Shown here: in pieces, positions 1 through 13,365 of the stretch | How positions within the stretch are numbered: the stretch's first letter is position 1 | Layout of the letters: every line of letters begins with the position of its first letter | DNA from: the human T2T-CHM13v2.0 reference genome, Homo sapiens | Assembly: GCF_009914755.1 (NCBI RefSeq) | Contig: NC_060925.1 | Direction: 5' to 3' (one strand) | DNA length: 64,000 nucleotides | The notes under the pieces: model-generated | What the model was told of the DNA's origin: nothing | Database searches by the model: none | The model's input: the letters and a program-made list of their open reading frames with translations, nothing else | Program-made: the position numbers and the translations under genes

Positions 1-3000
1 TTTTCATTCTTTAAGGAATCTCCATGTTGTTTTCCATAGTGGCTGTACTAGTTTATGTTCCCACCAGCAGTGTAGAAGTGTTCCCTGATCACTGCATCCA
101 TGCCATCTACTGTTTTTTAAATTTTTTGATTATGGCCATTCTTGCAGGAGTAAGATGGTATCACATTGTGGCTTTGATTTGCACCCCTGATCATTAGTGA
201 CGTAAACTTCTTTTATATGTTTGTTGGCCATTTGTGTATGTTGTTTTGAGAATTGTCATTCATGTACCTAGCCCACTTTTTGATGGAATTGTTTGTTTTT
301 CTTAGTGATTTCAGTTCATTGTAGATTCTGGATATTAGTCCTTTGTCAGATGTATAGATTGTGAAGATTTTCTCCCACTCTGTGGGTTGTCTATTTACTC
401 TGCTGACTGTTCCTTTTGCCATGCAAAAGCTCTTTAAATAAGGCCCAGCTTTTTATCTTTGTTTTTATTGCATTTGCTTTTGGGTTCTTGGTCATGAAAT
501 CCTTGCCTAAGCCAATGTCTAGAAGGGTTTTTCCAATGTTATCTTCTAGAATTTTTGTAGTTTCAGGTCTTAGATTTAAGTCCTTAGTCCATCTTGAGTT
601 GATTTTTGTATAAGGTGAGAGATGAGGATCCACTTTCATTCCCCTATATGTGGCTAACCAATTATCCTAGCACCATTTGTTAAAAAGGGTGTCCCTTCCC
701 CACTTTATGTTTTTGTTTGCTTTGTCGAAGATCATTTGGCTGTATTTGGGCTTCTTTCTGGTTTCACTGTTCTGTTCCATTGTTCTATATGCCTATTTTT
801 ATACCAGTACCGTGCTGCTTTGGTGACTATGGCCTTATAGTATAGTTTGAAATCAGGTAGTGTGATGCCTCCAGATTTCTTTTTGCTTAGCCTTGCTTTG
901 TCTATGAGGGTTCTTTTTTGGTTCCATGTGAATTTTAGAATTGTTTTTTCTATTTCTGTGAAGAATGATGGCAGTATTTTGATAGGGATTGTGTTAAATT
1001 TGTAGATTACTTTTGGCAGTATGGTCATTTTCACAATATTGATTCTACCTATCCACGAGCACGAGATGTGTTTCCATCTGTTTGTGTCGTCTATGATTTC
1101 TTTCAGCAGTGTTTTGTAGTTTTCCTTGTAGAGGTCTTTTGCCTCCTTGGTTAGGTGTATTCCTAAGTATTTTATTTTATTTTATATTTTCTTGCAGCTA
1201 TTGTAAAAGGGATTGAGTTCTTGATTTGATTCTTCGCTTGGTTGCTGTTGGTGTATAAAAGAGCTACTGATTTGTGTACATTAATCTTGTATCTGGAAAC
1301 TTTGCTGAATTCTTTCATCAGTTCTAGGAGCTTTCTGGAGGAGTCTTTAGGGTTTTCCAGGTAAACAATCAAATCGCCAGCAAACAGTGACAGTTTGACT
1401 TCCTCTTTACCAATTTGGATGCCTTTTATTTCTTTCTCATCTCTGATTGCTCTGGCTAGGACTTCCAGTACTATGTTGAAGAGGAGTGGTGAGAGTGGGC
1501 ATCCTTGTCTTGATCCAGTTCTCAGAGGGAATGCTTTCAACTTTTCCCCATTGAGTATAATGTTGGCTGTGGGTTTGTCATAGACGGCTTTTATTACATT
1601 AAGGTACGTCCCTTGTATGCCAATTTTGCTGAGAGTTTTAATCATAAAAGGATGCTGCATTTTGTTAAATGCTTTTTCTGCATCTATTGAGATGATCAAG
1701 TGATTTTTGTTTTTATTTCTGTTTATGTGGTGTATCACATTTATTGACTTGTGTATTTTAAACCATCCCTGCATCCTTGGTATGAAACCAACTTGATCCA
1801 GCTGGATTATCTTTTTGGTATGTTGTTGGATTTGGTTAGCTAGTATTTTGTTAAAGATTTTAGCATCTGTGTTCATCAGGGATATCAGTCTGTAGTTTTC
1901 TTGTTTGGTTATGTCCTTTCCTGGTTTTGGTATTAGGGTGATGCTGGCTTCATCGAATGAATTAGGGAGATTCCCTCATTCTCTGCCTTGTGGAATAGTG
2001 TCAAAAGGATTGGTACCAATTCTTCTTTGAATGTCTGGTAGAATTCTGCTGTGAATCCGTCTGGTCCTGAGCTTTTGTTTCTTGGTAACTTTTTCAATTA
2101 CCATTTCAATCTCACTGCTTGTTATTGGTCTGTTCAGGATGTCTAATTCTTCCTGATTTAAGCTAGGAGGGTTGTATTTTTCTAGGAATTTATCCACCTT
2201 TTCTAGGTTTCCTAGTTTATGTGCATAAAGGTGCTCACAGTAGCCTTGAATGATCTTTTGTATTTCAGTGGTGTCAACTGTAATTTTCTCTCTGCTTTTC
2301 TTGGTTAATCTTGCTAATGATCTATCAATTTTATTTATCTCTTCAAAGAACCAGCTTTTTGTTTCATTTATCTTTTGTATTTTTTTTTGTTTCAATTTCA
2401 TTTAGTTCTGCTCTGATCTTGGTTATGTCCTTTCTTCTGCTGGGTTTGGGTTCGGTTTGTTCCTGTTTCTCTGGTTCCTTGAGGTGTGACCTTAGAATGT
2501 CAGTTTGTGCTCGTTCAGTCTTTTTGATGTAGGGATTTAGGGCTATGAACTTTCCTCTTAGCACCGTGTTTCCTGTGTCTCAGAGGTTTTGATAGCTTGT
2601 ATCATTATTGTCATTCAGTTCGAAGAATTTTTTAATTTCCATCTTGATTTTGTTTTTGACCCCATGCTCATTCAGGAGCAGGTTATTTAATTGCCATGTA
2701 TTTGCGTGGTTTTGCGAGTTCCTTTGAAGTTAATTTTCAGTTTTATTCCACTGTGGTCTGAGAGAGTGCTTGATATTTCAATTTTCTTAAATTTATTGAG
2801 GCTTGTTTTATGTCCTATCACATGGTCTATCTTGGAGAAAGTTCCATGCGCTGTTGAATAGAATGGGTACCCTGCAGTTGTTGGATGGAATGTACTGTAT
2901 ATATCTGTGAAGTCCATTTGTTCCAAGGGATAGTTTAAACCATTGTTTCTTTGTTGACTTTCTGTCTTGATGACCTGTCTAGTGCTGTCAGTGGAGTATT

Positions 3001-3430
3001 GAAGTCCCTCCCCCACTATTATTTTGTTGCTGTCTATCTCATTTCTTAGGTCCATTAGTAATTGTTTTACAAATTTGGGAGCTCCAGTGTTAGGTGCATA
3101 TATGTTTAGGATTGTGATATTTTCCTGTTGGACAAGGCCTTTTACCATTATATAGTGTCCCTCTTTGTCTCTTTTAACTGCTGTAGCTTTAAAGTTTGTT
3201 TTGTCTGATATAAGAATAGCTATCCCTGCTGACTTTTGGTGTCCATTTGCATGAAATGCCTTTTTCCACCCCTTACTTTAAGTTTATGTGAGTCCTTACG
3301 TGTTAGGTGAGTCTCCTGAAGACAGTAGACAGTTGATTGGTGAGTTCTTATCCATTCTGCAGTTCTGAATGTTTTATGTGGAGCACTTAGGCCATTTACA
3401 TTCAATGTTAGTATTGAGATGTGAGGTACT
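1..3430 (-). pseudogene. Disrupted L1 ORF2p (endonuclease/reverse transcriptase)
   Basis: At least eight frame-broken fragments (3220-3405, 2687-3148, 2364-2564, 1976-2401, 1172-1876, 732-1034, 391-639, 213-422). The RT catalytic FADD motif reads FAGD. Confidence 0.9.
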
Positions 3431-3435
3431 GTTTG

Positions 3436-4562
3436 CTACATTGTGCTATTTGTTGCCCATGTAGCTTGCTTTTTTAGTTTTAGTTTTTGCTTTTTAACTT
3501 GTATTTTTGTTTTACAGGTCCTGTGTGATTTATGCTTTAAAGAGATTCTGCTTTGATTGTTTCCAGGATTTGTTTCAAGATTTAGAGCTCCTTTTAGCAG
3601 TTCTTGTAGTGGTGGTTTGGTGGTGGCAAATTCTCTCAGCATTTGTTTGTCTGGAAAAGACTGTATCTTTCCTTCATATATGATGTTTGGTTTCACTGGA
3701 TACAAAATTCTTGGCTGATAATTGTTTTGTTTGAGGAGGCAGAGGATAGGGCCCCAATCCCTTCCAGCTTGTAAGGTTTCTGCTGAGAAATCTGCTGTTA
3801 ATCTGATAAGTTTTCCTTTATAGGTTACACGGTTCTTTTGTCTCACAGCTCTTAAGATTCTTTCCTTCGTCTTAACTTTAGATAACCTGATGACAATATG
3901 CCAAGGTGATGATCTTTTGCAATGAATTTCCCGGAGTGTTCTTTGTGCTTCTTGTATTTGGATGTCTAGGTCTCTAGCAAGGACAGGGAATTTTTCCTCA
4001 ATTATTACCTCAAACATGCTTTCCAAACTTTTAGACTTCTCTTCTTCCTTAGGAATACTGATTATTCTTAGGTTTGGTCATTTAACATAATCCCAGACTT
4101 CTTGGAGGCTTTGTTCATATTTTCTTATTCTTTTTTCTTTGTCTTTGTTGGACTGGGTTAATTCTAAGGCCTTGTCTTCGAGCTCTGAATTTCTTTCTTC
4201 TACTTGTTCAATTCTATTGCTGAGTCTTACCACAGTATTTTACATTTCTATAAGTGTGTCCAATGTTTCCTGAAGTTTTGATTGTTTTTTCTTTATGCTA
4301 TCTATTTCCTTGAATATTTCTCCCTTCACTTCTTGTATTTTTTTTCTTTTTTTTTTTTTTGGATTTCCTTGCATTGGGCTTCGCCTTTCTCTGGTGCCTT
4401 CCTGATTAGCTTAACAGCTAACCTCCTGAATTCTTTTTCAGGTAAATCAGGGATTTCCTCTTGGTTTGGATCCATTGCTGGTGAGCTAATGTGATTTTGG
4501 GGCGGTGGTAAAGAGCACTGTTTTGTCATATTACTAGAGTTGGTTTTCTGGTTCCTTCTTAT
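3436..4562 (-). pseudogene. Disrupted L1 ORF1p
   Basis: ORF pieces 4326-4529 (SSPAMDPNQEEIPDLPEKEFRR) and 3436-4026. Frameshifted, and the expected start codon reads ATA at ~4562. Confidence 0.85.
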
Positions 4563-5929
4563 TTGGTAGGCTTTGTTAGAGGGAAGGTCTAGGGCTGAAG
4601 GCTGTTGTTCAGATTCCTTTGTCCCTTAGGGCATTCCCTTGATGTAATCTCCCCCTTTTCCTATGGATGTGGCTTCCTGTGAGCTGAGCTGCAGTGATTA
4701 TTGTCTTTCTTCTGGGTCTAGCCACCCAGCAAGTCTACCAGGCTCCGGGCTGGTACTGGGGCTTGTCTGCACAGAGTCCTGTGATGTGAACTGTCTATGG
4801 GTCTCTCAGCTGTGGATACCAGCACCTATTCCAGTGGGGGTGGCAGGGAGTGAAATGGACTCTGTGAGGGTTCTTAGCTTTGGTGGTTTAATGTTCTATT
4901 TTTGTGCTGGTTGGCCTCTTGCTGGGAGGTGGCATTTTCCAGAGAGCATCAGCTGTGGTAATATGGAGAGGAACTGGCAATGGGCAGAGCCCTAGAATTC
5001 CCAAGAGCATATGCCTTTTGTCTTCAGCTACCAGGGTGGGTAGGGAAGGTCCATCAGGTGGCAGCAGGTCTAGGCATGTCTGAGCTCCTACTCTCCTTGG
5101 GAGGGTCTTGCTGCAGCTGCTGGGGGGATGGAGGTGAGGTTCCCAGGTCAATGATGTTGTGTACCTAGGAGGATTATGGCTGCCTCTGCTGAGTCATGCA
5201 GGTTGTCAGGGAAGTGGGGGAAAGCTGGTGGTCCCAGGCCTCACCCAGCTCTCACACAATCCAAAGGGCCGGTCTCACTCCCACCGTGCCCCCCTAACAG
5301 CCCCAAGTCTGTTTCCAAGCAGTGAGTGAGCGGGGCTTGAGAACTTGCCCCAGGCCACCTGCCTCCCAGCTGCAAAAGAAAAGGGCTTGGTTCTTCCCCC
5401 ACCTGTGGAGTCTGCACACTGGATTTGCGCCCTCCCCCGAGTTCTGGCCAGGAGGCTTCTCACCGGTTCCAACTGTTATAAAGTTCAGCTGGAGACTTCC
5501 TTCTCCCTGTGGTGTTTCCCCTCTCCCCGATACCCGCACCTCTGACCACCCTCCTGATGGATCCCTGTGGTGCTAGGCAGGAATGGCCTGCCTGGGGACA
5601 GAGCGAGCTCCCAGGGCCTTTCCCACTGCTTTCTCTGCCCCTGTATTTCGTTCAGCTCTCTAAATTGACTCAGCTCCAGGTAAGGTCGGAATCTTCTCTG
5701 GCACACAGACCTTCAGTTTCCCCAGTGGAAGTGTGTGTTCGGGAGAGGAGAATCTCCCTTTCCCACTTCCATAGTTTGGGCACTCACAGTATTTGGGGTG
5801 TCTTCTTTGACTTCTTTCTTGAGTTAAACTGTGAGCCCCTTCAGGGGAGAGATTTTTGCTTACTTAAACTTTTAACCAAATCTCAGTGTGTATTTCATTA
5901 AACTGACATTTAAAATTTCACATCTATGT

Positions 5930-6075
5930 TCTATCTGCCCTCCTGGAATAACTTTTTTTGAGATCAGTGATTGTGCCTTACCCGACTTTTTGTCCCCATC
6001 ACTTACTACAATGTCTGATTCTGAGACGATGAATAAATACTTTTGAATGAATAAATGAGTGAATGAACGAATGGA
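5930..6075 (+). mobile_element. L2 3'-end fragment
   Basis: Ends in aataaatacttttgaatgaataaatgagtgaatgaa, a typical L2 tail. Confidence 0.6.
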
Positions 6076-6079
6076 GTGA

Positions 6080-6538
6080 AATTTACAATCTAGTGCAGTA
6101 GCTTCTCACTTCACTATGCTTGTGAAGGATAGTTCAGTAGATAGACACACAAATAAATCTAATATAAAGAAGACTACAACAATACCACTATATTGTTAAT
6201 AAAGGGAACCATTGAATGTGATAATAGAAAGAAAAAGTGCTAAACAAAAAGCAAGTATTAGGACAGGTGAGATTTAATTAGATCAGGCAGATCTCAGAAG
6301 ACTTCATGGAGAAGGTAACAAGACCTTTGGGAAGAGTCAAATTTCAACAAGCAAAGATGGTGCAGAGGCATTAAGACAGAAAAGAATGGAACATTTGCAT
6401 TTGGAAGAAGAGGAGGAGAGGTAAAAGGGAAGTTATGGCTAAATCACACTAGGGGAGAATATGAAAAGAGGCAGAAGTGTGCTCAGATACAGTAAAAAGC
6501 AATATTCTGATTTGATTATTAAGGACTTTAAATGCCAG
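6080..6538 (-). mobile_element. L2 fragment (continues at ~7720-7850 after an insertion)
   Basis: Antisense L2 motifs tttacaatctagt and gaagacttcatggagaaggtaaca. Continuation gtagtttggaattg...atgacctgatttgtgcattagag. Confidence 0.5.
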
Positions 6539-7726
6539 TGGATTAAAAGCAGAATGGAATTTTTCCTGATGTCTGTGAGTTTCAGCTAACAGCCTAAAGC
6601 TAAGAATAACAGGTAATAAACATGCCACATTTTAAAGTGTGGTGCTAGATGTGTTGACGTAAAACTTATTCAGAGCCAGCCAAACTTTGTCGCCATCATC
6701 AGTCTATATATAACAGCTAGATATTTATTGAGAAGAAGCTTCTTCAAAGGGAAGAAATTAACATAAGTAGGGAATGCTGTGGCATAATCTCTCCCCATCC
6801 ACACCAATCTCAAGCCAGGTGAAGGAGACCCCAAGAGAACACTTGCAAGGCCTGGAATTACTTGCTAGAGAAAAGATTTTATTCTCAAACTCAAGCCTGA
6901 TGCTTGCTTTAGAGACAGAAATTGGTAGGCCTTCCCAGTGCTACTACCAGAGCAGGACTCAAAAAGTTCCTGGGCAAGTCTCATGCATGTGTTCAGGAGT
7001 AAAGGGATCAAATGACGAAGACAGATGCTGGTGCCTAGCAATGTAGGCAGGACAAGAAGGGAGGACTCAGTGGCTAACCTCCCTCAAATAAGCCCATCTG
7101 GTAGGGAAAGAATGGGTGTATTTTGTCATGGGCCACATGGATGCTAAAGAAGGTAACCTACCTCCAGTCATCTCTAATGGACCATTCCCCAAAAGAGGTC
7201 CCTGCTAGGGAGAGGAGTCCCAGGTAAAAGTGACAGAAAATCTATCATGGAAAGACAGGAACTGAGGTGGATGAGCATTTCCTGAGTCATGGAACAGAGC
7301 AAAGCAGAGGGCCACACAGCATGTCCCAAAGAGCACATCTAGAGATCGAGTTAACATTAGGATTATTCCATAGAGAGCTACAAATACTGCACTTTTTCTC
7401 TCTCCCTTCTTTTCTGACCACAACTTGAAGGATCTAAAGGGGAAGGGAAAAATCTGAAAAAAAAAAAAAAAAAAAAAAAAAGAAAGGCTATGACCCCACC
7501 TCCACCTTCCTCCCAGACCTTAGCTTTGAATTAAACAGGAAACAGAAATTTTGTTATGCTGGACTGGAATTATTAATACTGAAAAAAATCTCTTTTCTAA
7601 TACCTAAAAGTGACAGAAAGCAATGGAATCGTCCCAAAATATCATCAAGGATAATATTGATGGTAGAAAAAAATAAAGCTATTTTCTCGTTATGGTTCCA
7701 GCTCATGTAAAATGCTAGTTATATCA
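6539..7726 (+). mobile_element. ~1.2-kb old LTR-like insertion, resembles MamGypLTR (Gypsy-class solo LTR)
   Basis: Interrupts an L2 and has TG...CA ends. The 3' part (ggactggaattattaatac, taatacctaaaagtgacagaaagcaatggaatc, aaaataaagctattttc) resembles MamGypLTR tails as I recall them. Internal A25 run at ~7457-7481. Confidence 0.4.
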
Positions 7727-10009
7727 GGGTGAGTAGTTTGGAATTGTTCTGCTTGTGAAGGATAGGTTTTTTTTAAGGGAAAAAAAAAATGCTATGACCT
7801 GATTTGTGCATTAGAGACACCCTTCATGACCATGCGAAGATGACTGAAAGAATGACCAATCGCTACTATGTCAGGGCTTCATAGACTTCAATTGTACCAT
7901 GAAATTTCCCCATATGGTAAAAGTAGGATGGCTTTGGGAAAAAGGAATATATTTTTCCTCTTCATACTAATTCCCCAAACAGAGTAGGATGAAAAGTCAC
8001 TGTTAAACCATTGTAAATACCCAGAAAAAAATATTAAACCTGACTATTGAACTTTAGTGGACTCATGAGCATATCTGCTTAAGATGTGGAAATCCTATCT
8101 TTCAGACTGAGTGTCTCTTTTTTTAATCATTTGTTTGTGCATCCTGAAAGTACTTTGTACTTGAAAGTATCTTTTTCAAAAGATACTTTCAAGAGAAAAT
8201 GGTTTAGTTGACACATATTAGCAAAGACCAGATGCATCCACAGGTTTACCTATAGAGCTACTCCCTTCACCACAAGGCCTCTGTTCTCCTGTTTAAGGGC
8301 CTAATGTGCAGAATAGAGTAATGCAGATAGTAAGTAGACTCTTTGGTCCTTTTCACCAACGTTACTAAGATATAAAAATAAGACTTAGACAATGCAATAG
8401 GGAATTTGATATATTTAGATGGTCACAAGCCGAATTTTGCTCGTCACTGCTATAAAGAGGTGAGGAAAAGCTTTTTAAAAAACTGTTTTTAAGATGCAAG
8501 GTGTAGGGAGTTAAGATCATCCCTATAACTTGCTAAAACTGATTCTAACAATACACAGTGCCACTTTCAACCTGTTGGGCTCTTATGCAACCTTATCATC
8601 ACTGACAATGAGAGCTGGGTCAGGACCAATAAACTTTATTCCAAACCTATATTTGCAGTGCCTTCCCAAGTTCTCCAGGGCCCATTAGCCCCAACCTTCT
8701 TCCTAAAAACTAGATCATGTGGGCCTGGTGGTTAGTTGGTACCCACACTTAGTGGTCTCTCTCTTTTTTTTTCTTCTCTCCATCAGTCCTCTTTTGATCT
8801 AAATTGCAGAATCTCTCCTTTTTATCTTACAACCCCAATGCCACAAGGAACAAATTTTCTGGATAACATTACGTAAAATATAATAGAATTTATATTTGTC
8901 TTCAAAATACACAATCAAGGAGATTAGAGGCAGACGTTCATAATGATTGCTTTAAAAATTGAGAAATGAAGAAAAAATAAATGACTGTTTACTGCTGTAC
9001 CATTTCAGAATAGACTAGACGTGACAAATTGAGGTACTGCACCAGACCTGTGTTAGGAATTATCAGGTGAGGTGAGTTTTTCTATGGCAGCCTGGCAATT
9101 GTTGGTGTTGGTTATGAAACAAGAAGCTTATATGAAGCTTACATAGAAGCTTAATTTGCTATACAGTACTCTTGTTGTCTTGTGCTATTCTGGCCTTGGC
9201 TATCATTTCTGCTACGAACTGGTTTTTGCTTGCCTCACTTCTGACTTGAAAAGCCTGATGCATTCAGGGTGTTATTGGTTAGAAGCAAGGCAGCAAACTA
9301 GAAACCAGGCAAGTATTCAGACAGACGTGAGTACCAGTTCCTACTGTGTTCTTCCTCTAGGTTGTAGTGCTGTTTGTGTTATTAATATTTTAAAAGTTCA
9401 GGATATTAAAATAAAATCCAGAATCCTGGTTTTGGGTTGGCCCTGTTTTGAATCATTTGAGCCATAACTTTCCGTTGAACTGTCCACTGTCAGTTGTGAA
9501 TGGAGCATGATTTTCAGAGATAAGATAAACCAATTAATATCTATGAGATGCTCAGAGGTACAAAAGAAGGACTTTAGAGATTTTATTCTAGCATTAAGTA
9601 AAATAAAAAAATAAAATTAGATACCAGCATCATTTCCTTTGGTATTGGCCTTAAACTCTGCATAACTACTTAACCAGAGAATCAGAGGAAATTTTAGATT
9701 TTGATAGTCTTTTGATCCTTGATCATATGGGCACATTTTTATAAAGCAGATAACACAAAAAATTCAAACATCAGTAAATCTTCTTAACACATCATCCCTC
9801 CAAACAAGTAAAAGTAGAGTTTTGAAATCTAGCACAACAGTGTGGCTAAAGAAAGTGGTCATGTCATGCTACCATGACATTCAATTAAGGACCAGCAGTT
9901 CTTAAAGAACTGTCAGTGATCAGTAAATATTATTTCCCTTTCCATACTTTCCACCACTGTTGTCTAATTTTCTAGTCTGATTTGCTATTTTTGTCTTTCC
10001 TGTATATTT

Positions 10010-10530
10010 GGTCATTCAGTATTGAGAGTGCCAGGTGCTGTCCTAATTCCTGGAGATACAGTGCCAAATATGAGGGGCATCACCCTCACCAGCACAGTGT
10101 TTTTATTTTAGAGGGGAAGCAGACAACAAACATGTAATAATTAAATATGACAACTTCCGGGTGTGACACCTGCTATGAAACTAATAAAAGAGGCCAATGT
10201 AATAGGGAGGAAATATGCTCTGAAATGGTGCCATCAGGAGCGACAATGAAAGAAGGGGTTTGGACTCTCTTGTTTCCTGATAAACCCATGGTGCCTAGAA
10301 CTGGTAACTAATAAATCCTCCGTAAATATTTGTTGAGTGAATGAGTGAAAGAACAGAGGGAAGAGTGCACAGGTATTAAATGTATACGAGAGCAGAGGAG
10401 CTGGCAAAGGCAAGAACACTGAATTGGATGTTAGAGAAATGGAAGGCCAATATGGCTTTAGTAGAATGAGCAAAGAAAGAAATGGCAGGAGATAATGTAG
10501 GAGAGGGAGGCAGGGGCCAGATCATGGTTT
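10010..10530 (-). mobile_element. L2 fragments (with a short plus-strand L2 tail at ~10260-10350)
   Basis: gtgccaggtgctgtcctaattcctggagatacagtg; gaggggaagcagacaacaaac; aggggccagatcatg. Confidence 0.6.
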
Positions 10531-10639
10531 TTGTCAGATACTAACCCCTAGGTTAATTAGCAAATCATCTCATGAAGAAGGTTCCCTCTGCAGAGGGCTG
10601 ACCTGAACCTGTTTCCAAATTCTCAGAGAGTATCTTCTC

Positions 10640-10975
10640 CTTTGTGCTGTCTCCAACACAGAGATTCCTTCAACTTCAGGGTCTTCACACAAGCTCCAGT
10701 CTCTGCCTTCAAGCCCTTCCCCCAAATGTACCTTACTACCTCTCACTCATCCCTCAAGTTCTCTCTTACCCATGTCTTATCCCCCAACCTCAATCCCATC
10801 CCTCTCTGATAACTCCTCCCTGTACCCATTGCTTTCCCTTCAATACACTTGTCAATTTTTAACTTGTACGATATTGTCTGTCTCCCCACTAAACTGAAAG
10901 CACAACGAGGGCAGAAACTGTGTCTATTTGTTCATGGTAGGAACTCCGTACATATTTCCTGAATGAATAAATTAA
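10640..10975 (+). mobile_element. L2 3' fragment
   Basis: ctgtctccccactaaactg...gagggcagaaactgtgtc...tgaatgaataaat. Confidence 0.65.
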
Positions 10976-13137
10976 TTCCCACCTGACTTCAAGTAAAAGG
11001 ACTGGAGGAAACCTGCTTAAAATTTTCTTATTTTTGGATTCAGTAACAGTTAACTTCATAGTCTCTGACCTTACGATGAATGTTGTCTAGAATAAGGCAA
11101 AAGAAGGCAAATGTGCTCGGCTGTCTTCCTGACTTTGGGCAAATCATTTAACCTGGCTTGTGCCTGGGTGTGGGAGGGGAAAAATAGCCTCAATCCTGCA
11201 ACACATGTTTCAGGGGAAGGAAGGACAGGGAATAAGGAGGGAGGCAGAGAGAAAGAAAAGCCTACAGTTCTCTAGGATTTGTAAGTAGCATGTCCGCTAT
11301 ATCTCAAAATAATAACCACAAATTATACAGGCTTATTTGTATCTAGAGGCCATTTTAGGAAGCTGGTTTTATTTCCCTTTTCAGAGCAAATCTAAAAGAG
11401 CAAATGCATGTGAAGGAAGGTGCCTTTAGTTGAAATAAAGGTCAGCCACAAACAGAAAGATGCATTGACAACTTAATCATTGCTTTTTAGGATAACGGTT
11501 TTTAATTAAATATTTAAAATTGAGAGGGAGTCATAGGGAAGCAGTTTACATGTGTATTTTTTTCTGACATCAATACTGCCATTGATGAGCAGATCCAATT
11601 TAGTTTCACTGTGAGAGAGCAGACAATGGTCAGTTTTCCTCCAGCTGGCTTATTTTACAAGCATTAATGAACAATTAACCAACACTGGCACTCTTTCCAT
11701 CTGTAATCCTGTAGTAGGATCACTAATCTCTACCACTAGCAGCTAATGATGAAGGTCTCTTAAGCTTTACTTCTTATCTCAGCCAGTTCTTAATACTTGC
11801 ATAAGTATGCTTTCTGAGGAGGGGGCCCCCTACTGCTATGCAACTGGAGAACAAAAGCCCAGAGACATTTCTGAAGGGGTTTCTGTTCAATAACACTTCT
11901 ATGCTTATGTTTGCCTTCCTCCTACAACAAACACCAGTGATCAGCAGAGGGCTCTGGAGGTCACGGAGGGCTCTGTGTTTCCATACTTCTAATACTTATA
12001 AGAATGTATTCAGACTGCATTATACACACCCCCACCCGCAACTGCACCGGCAGACTCCCCAAAAGTGGGGAGGGAAATGTGGACTAAATAGAATCAAACA
12101 GTATTTTTCTCCATGAGTCAGCTTTGATTTGGTATTGAATAACACTGAGTTTGAAACCACATTGTCATTAAAAATGTATATACGAGAGGCAGATTTATCT
12201 AGAAAACCCCACACAGGATGGGTCTTCATTTTTCTGAATTTAATGCAACTTATATTCAATTGTCTCTCTCTGGTGGGGCAGAAACCAATCCACCATTTCA
12301 TTAGAGCTCCTCTGTAGGGTCAAGATTTAAAGAAAATGCAGGGTCAAGATTAAAAAAAAATTCAACCGTAGAGGGGCATGACTGTAGGATAATAGCGTAG
12401 GCTGAAATGACACCGTTTTCATTCAAAACTACTTTTGAGACTCTTACAACTTGCTGGGAAAGTTATTATTTTAAGGAAAATTGTGCGCAAAATTTGATTC
12501 CAAGACTAAAATATTAGAAAAGGTTGCACAAGCACAAATTCTGCTGGATTTGAGTATTGGGATAGAAGGAAGCAGTGGCGAAGGCGACAGTCGGGGCCTG
12601 AATAGGAGGTTTTTGCATCCAAATACTATAGCAAAGCAAACAGCACAGGCTCAAACAGGGCCCAAATCTCAGACATGGCATTTTCTGCAGTTTGTGGTCC
12701 TCAGAACGTTTTAGCACATTGTAAACGATGTTGATCTGGAAGCAGCAAAACGACCAGGGTTAGGTTGAAAGTGCTGTGGGTTCCAAGTGACTGAGCACTG
12801 CAGGGGGCGTCTGAATGGAATAAGTGCTAGGACATCTACTACCTTGACAGAGGAGTAGGAGTATGAGAGCGGAGGTGGACGGCAATCTGACGCTAGACAC
12901 CATTTCTTGAACTTTACCCTTCCAAAGTTTCTAACTACTCTCATCACCTTCAATGTACTGCAATTTGGGGACTTGAAGATGTCTGATGCTCTAAATAAAT
13001 AAATAAAATGTTAAACTATTCTGCAACATTTACCCAAAGTGAAATGAATCTTTCCCACAAATCACCTCAGTTTTTTATTTATCCATTTAGAATACTGAAA
13101 TACTGTTTTTTTCTTCTAACATTCAGAGCTTCCTGCA

Positions 13138-13365
13138 ATGGAAAAATGGCTTAGTAGACAGAGCCTTGGACTAAAGGTTTGGAAGTTGAGTCCTATTCAC
13201 ACACAGCTACTGACCCCTTGTGTGATCTTATACAAGTCACTTAACCTCTCTGCCCTTCTGCTTCCTCATTCATTCCACAGAGACAATGCTACCTGCCCCT
13301 CCCTACCTCTGTGGAGCTGTGAGAGTGAATGAGCTGTGTCTGCAAAGCATTTGAAAATGCCATTG
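13138..13365 (+). mobile_element. MIR SINE
   Basis: MIR core tgtgtgatcttatacaagtcacttaacctctctgcccttctgcttcctcat. Confidence 0.75.

Larger units (their letters stand above)
1..5803 (-). mobile_element. LINE-1, L1PB1/L1PBa-like, near full length (5'UTR, ORF1, ORF2); 3' end runs off the window start; decayed
   Basis: Colinear minus-strand ORF fragments translate as L1 ORF1 (RLTADFSAETLQA), endonuclease (CLQETHL, LNIYAPNTGAP, FSKIDH, LSDHSGIKL) and RT ([30 protein letters not shown]). L1PB-type 5'UTR at ~4563-5803. Confidence 0.93.

Noticed and set aside
1-5803. Active L1 or intact reverse transcriptase gene
   Set aside because: Many frameshifts and stops, a mutated ORF1 start and a mutated FADD motif.
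4282-5901. Cluster of overlapping 60-130 aa ORFs on both strands
   Set aside because: GC-richer L1 5'UTR/ORF1 antisense sequence with low stop-codon density.
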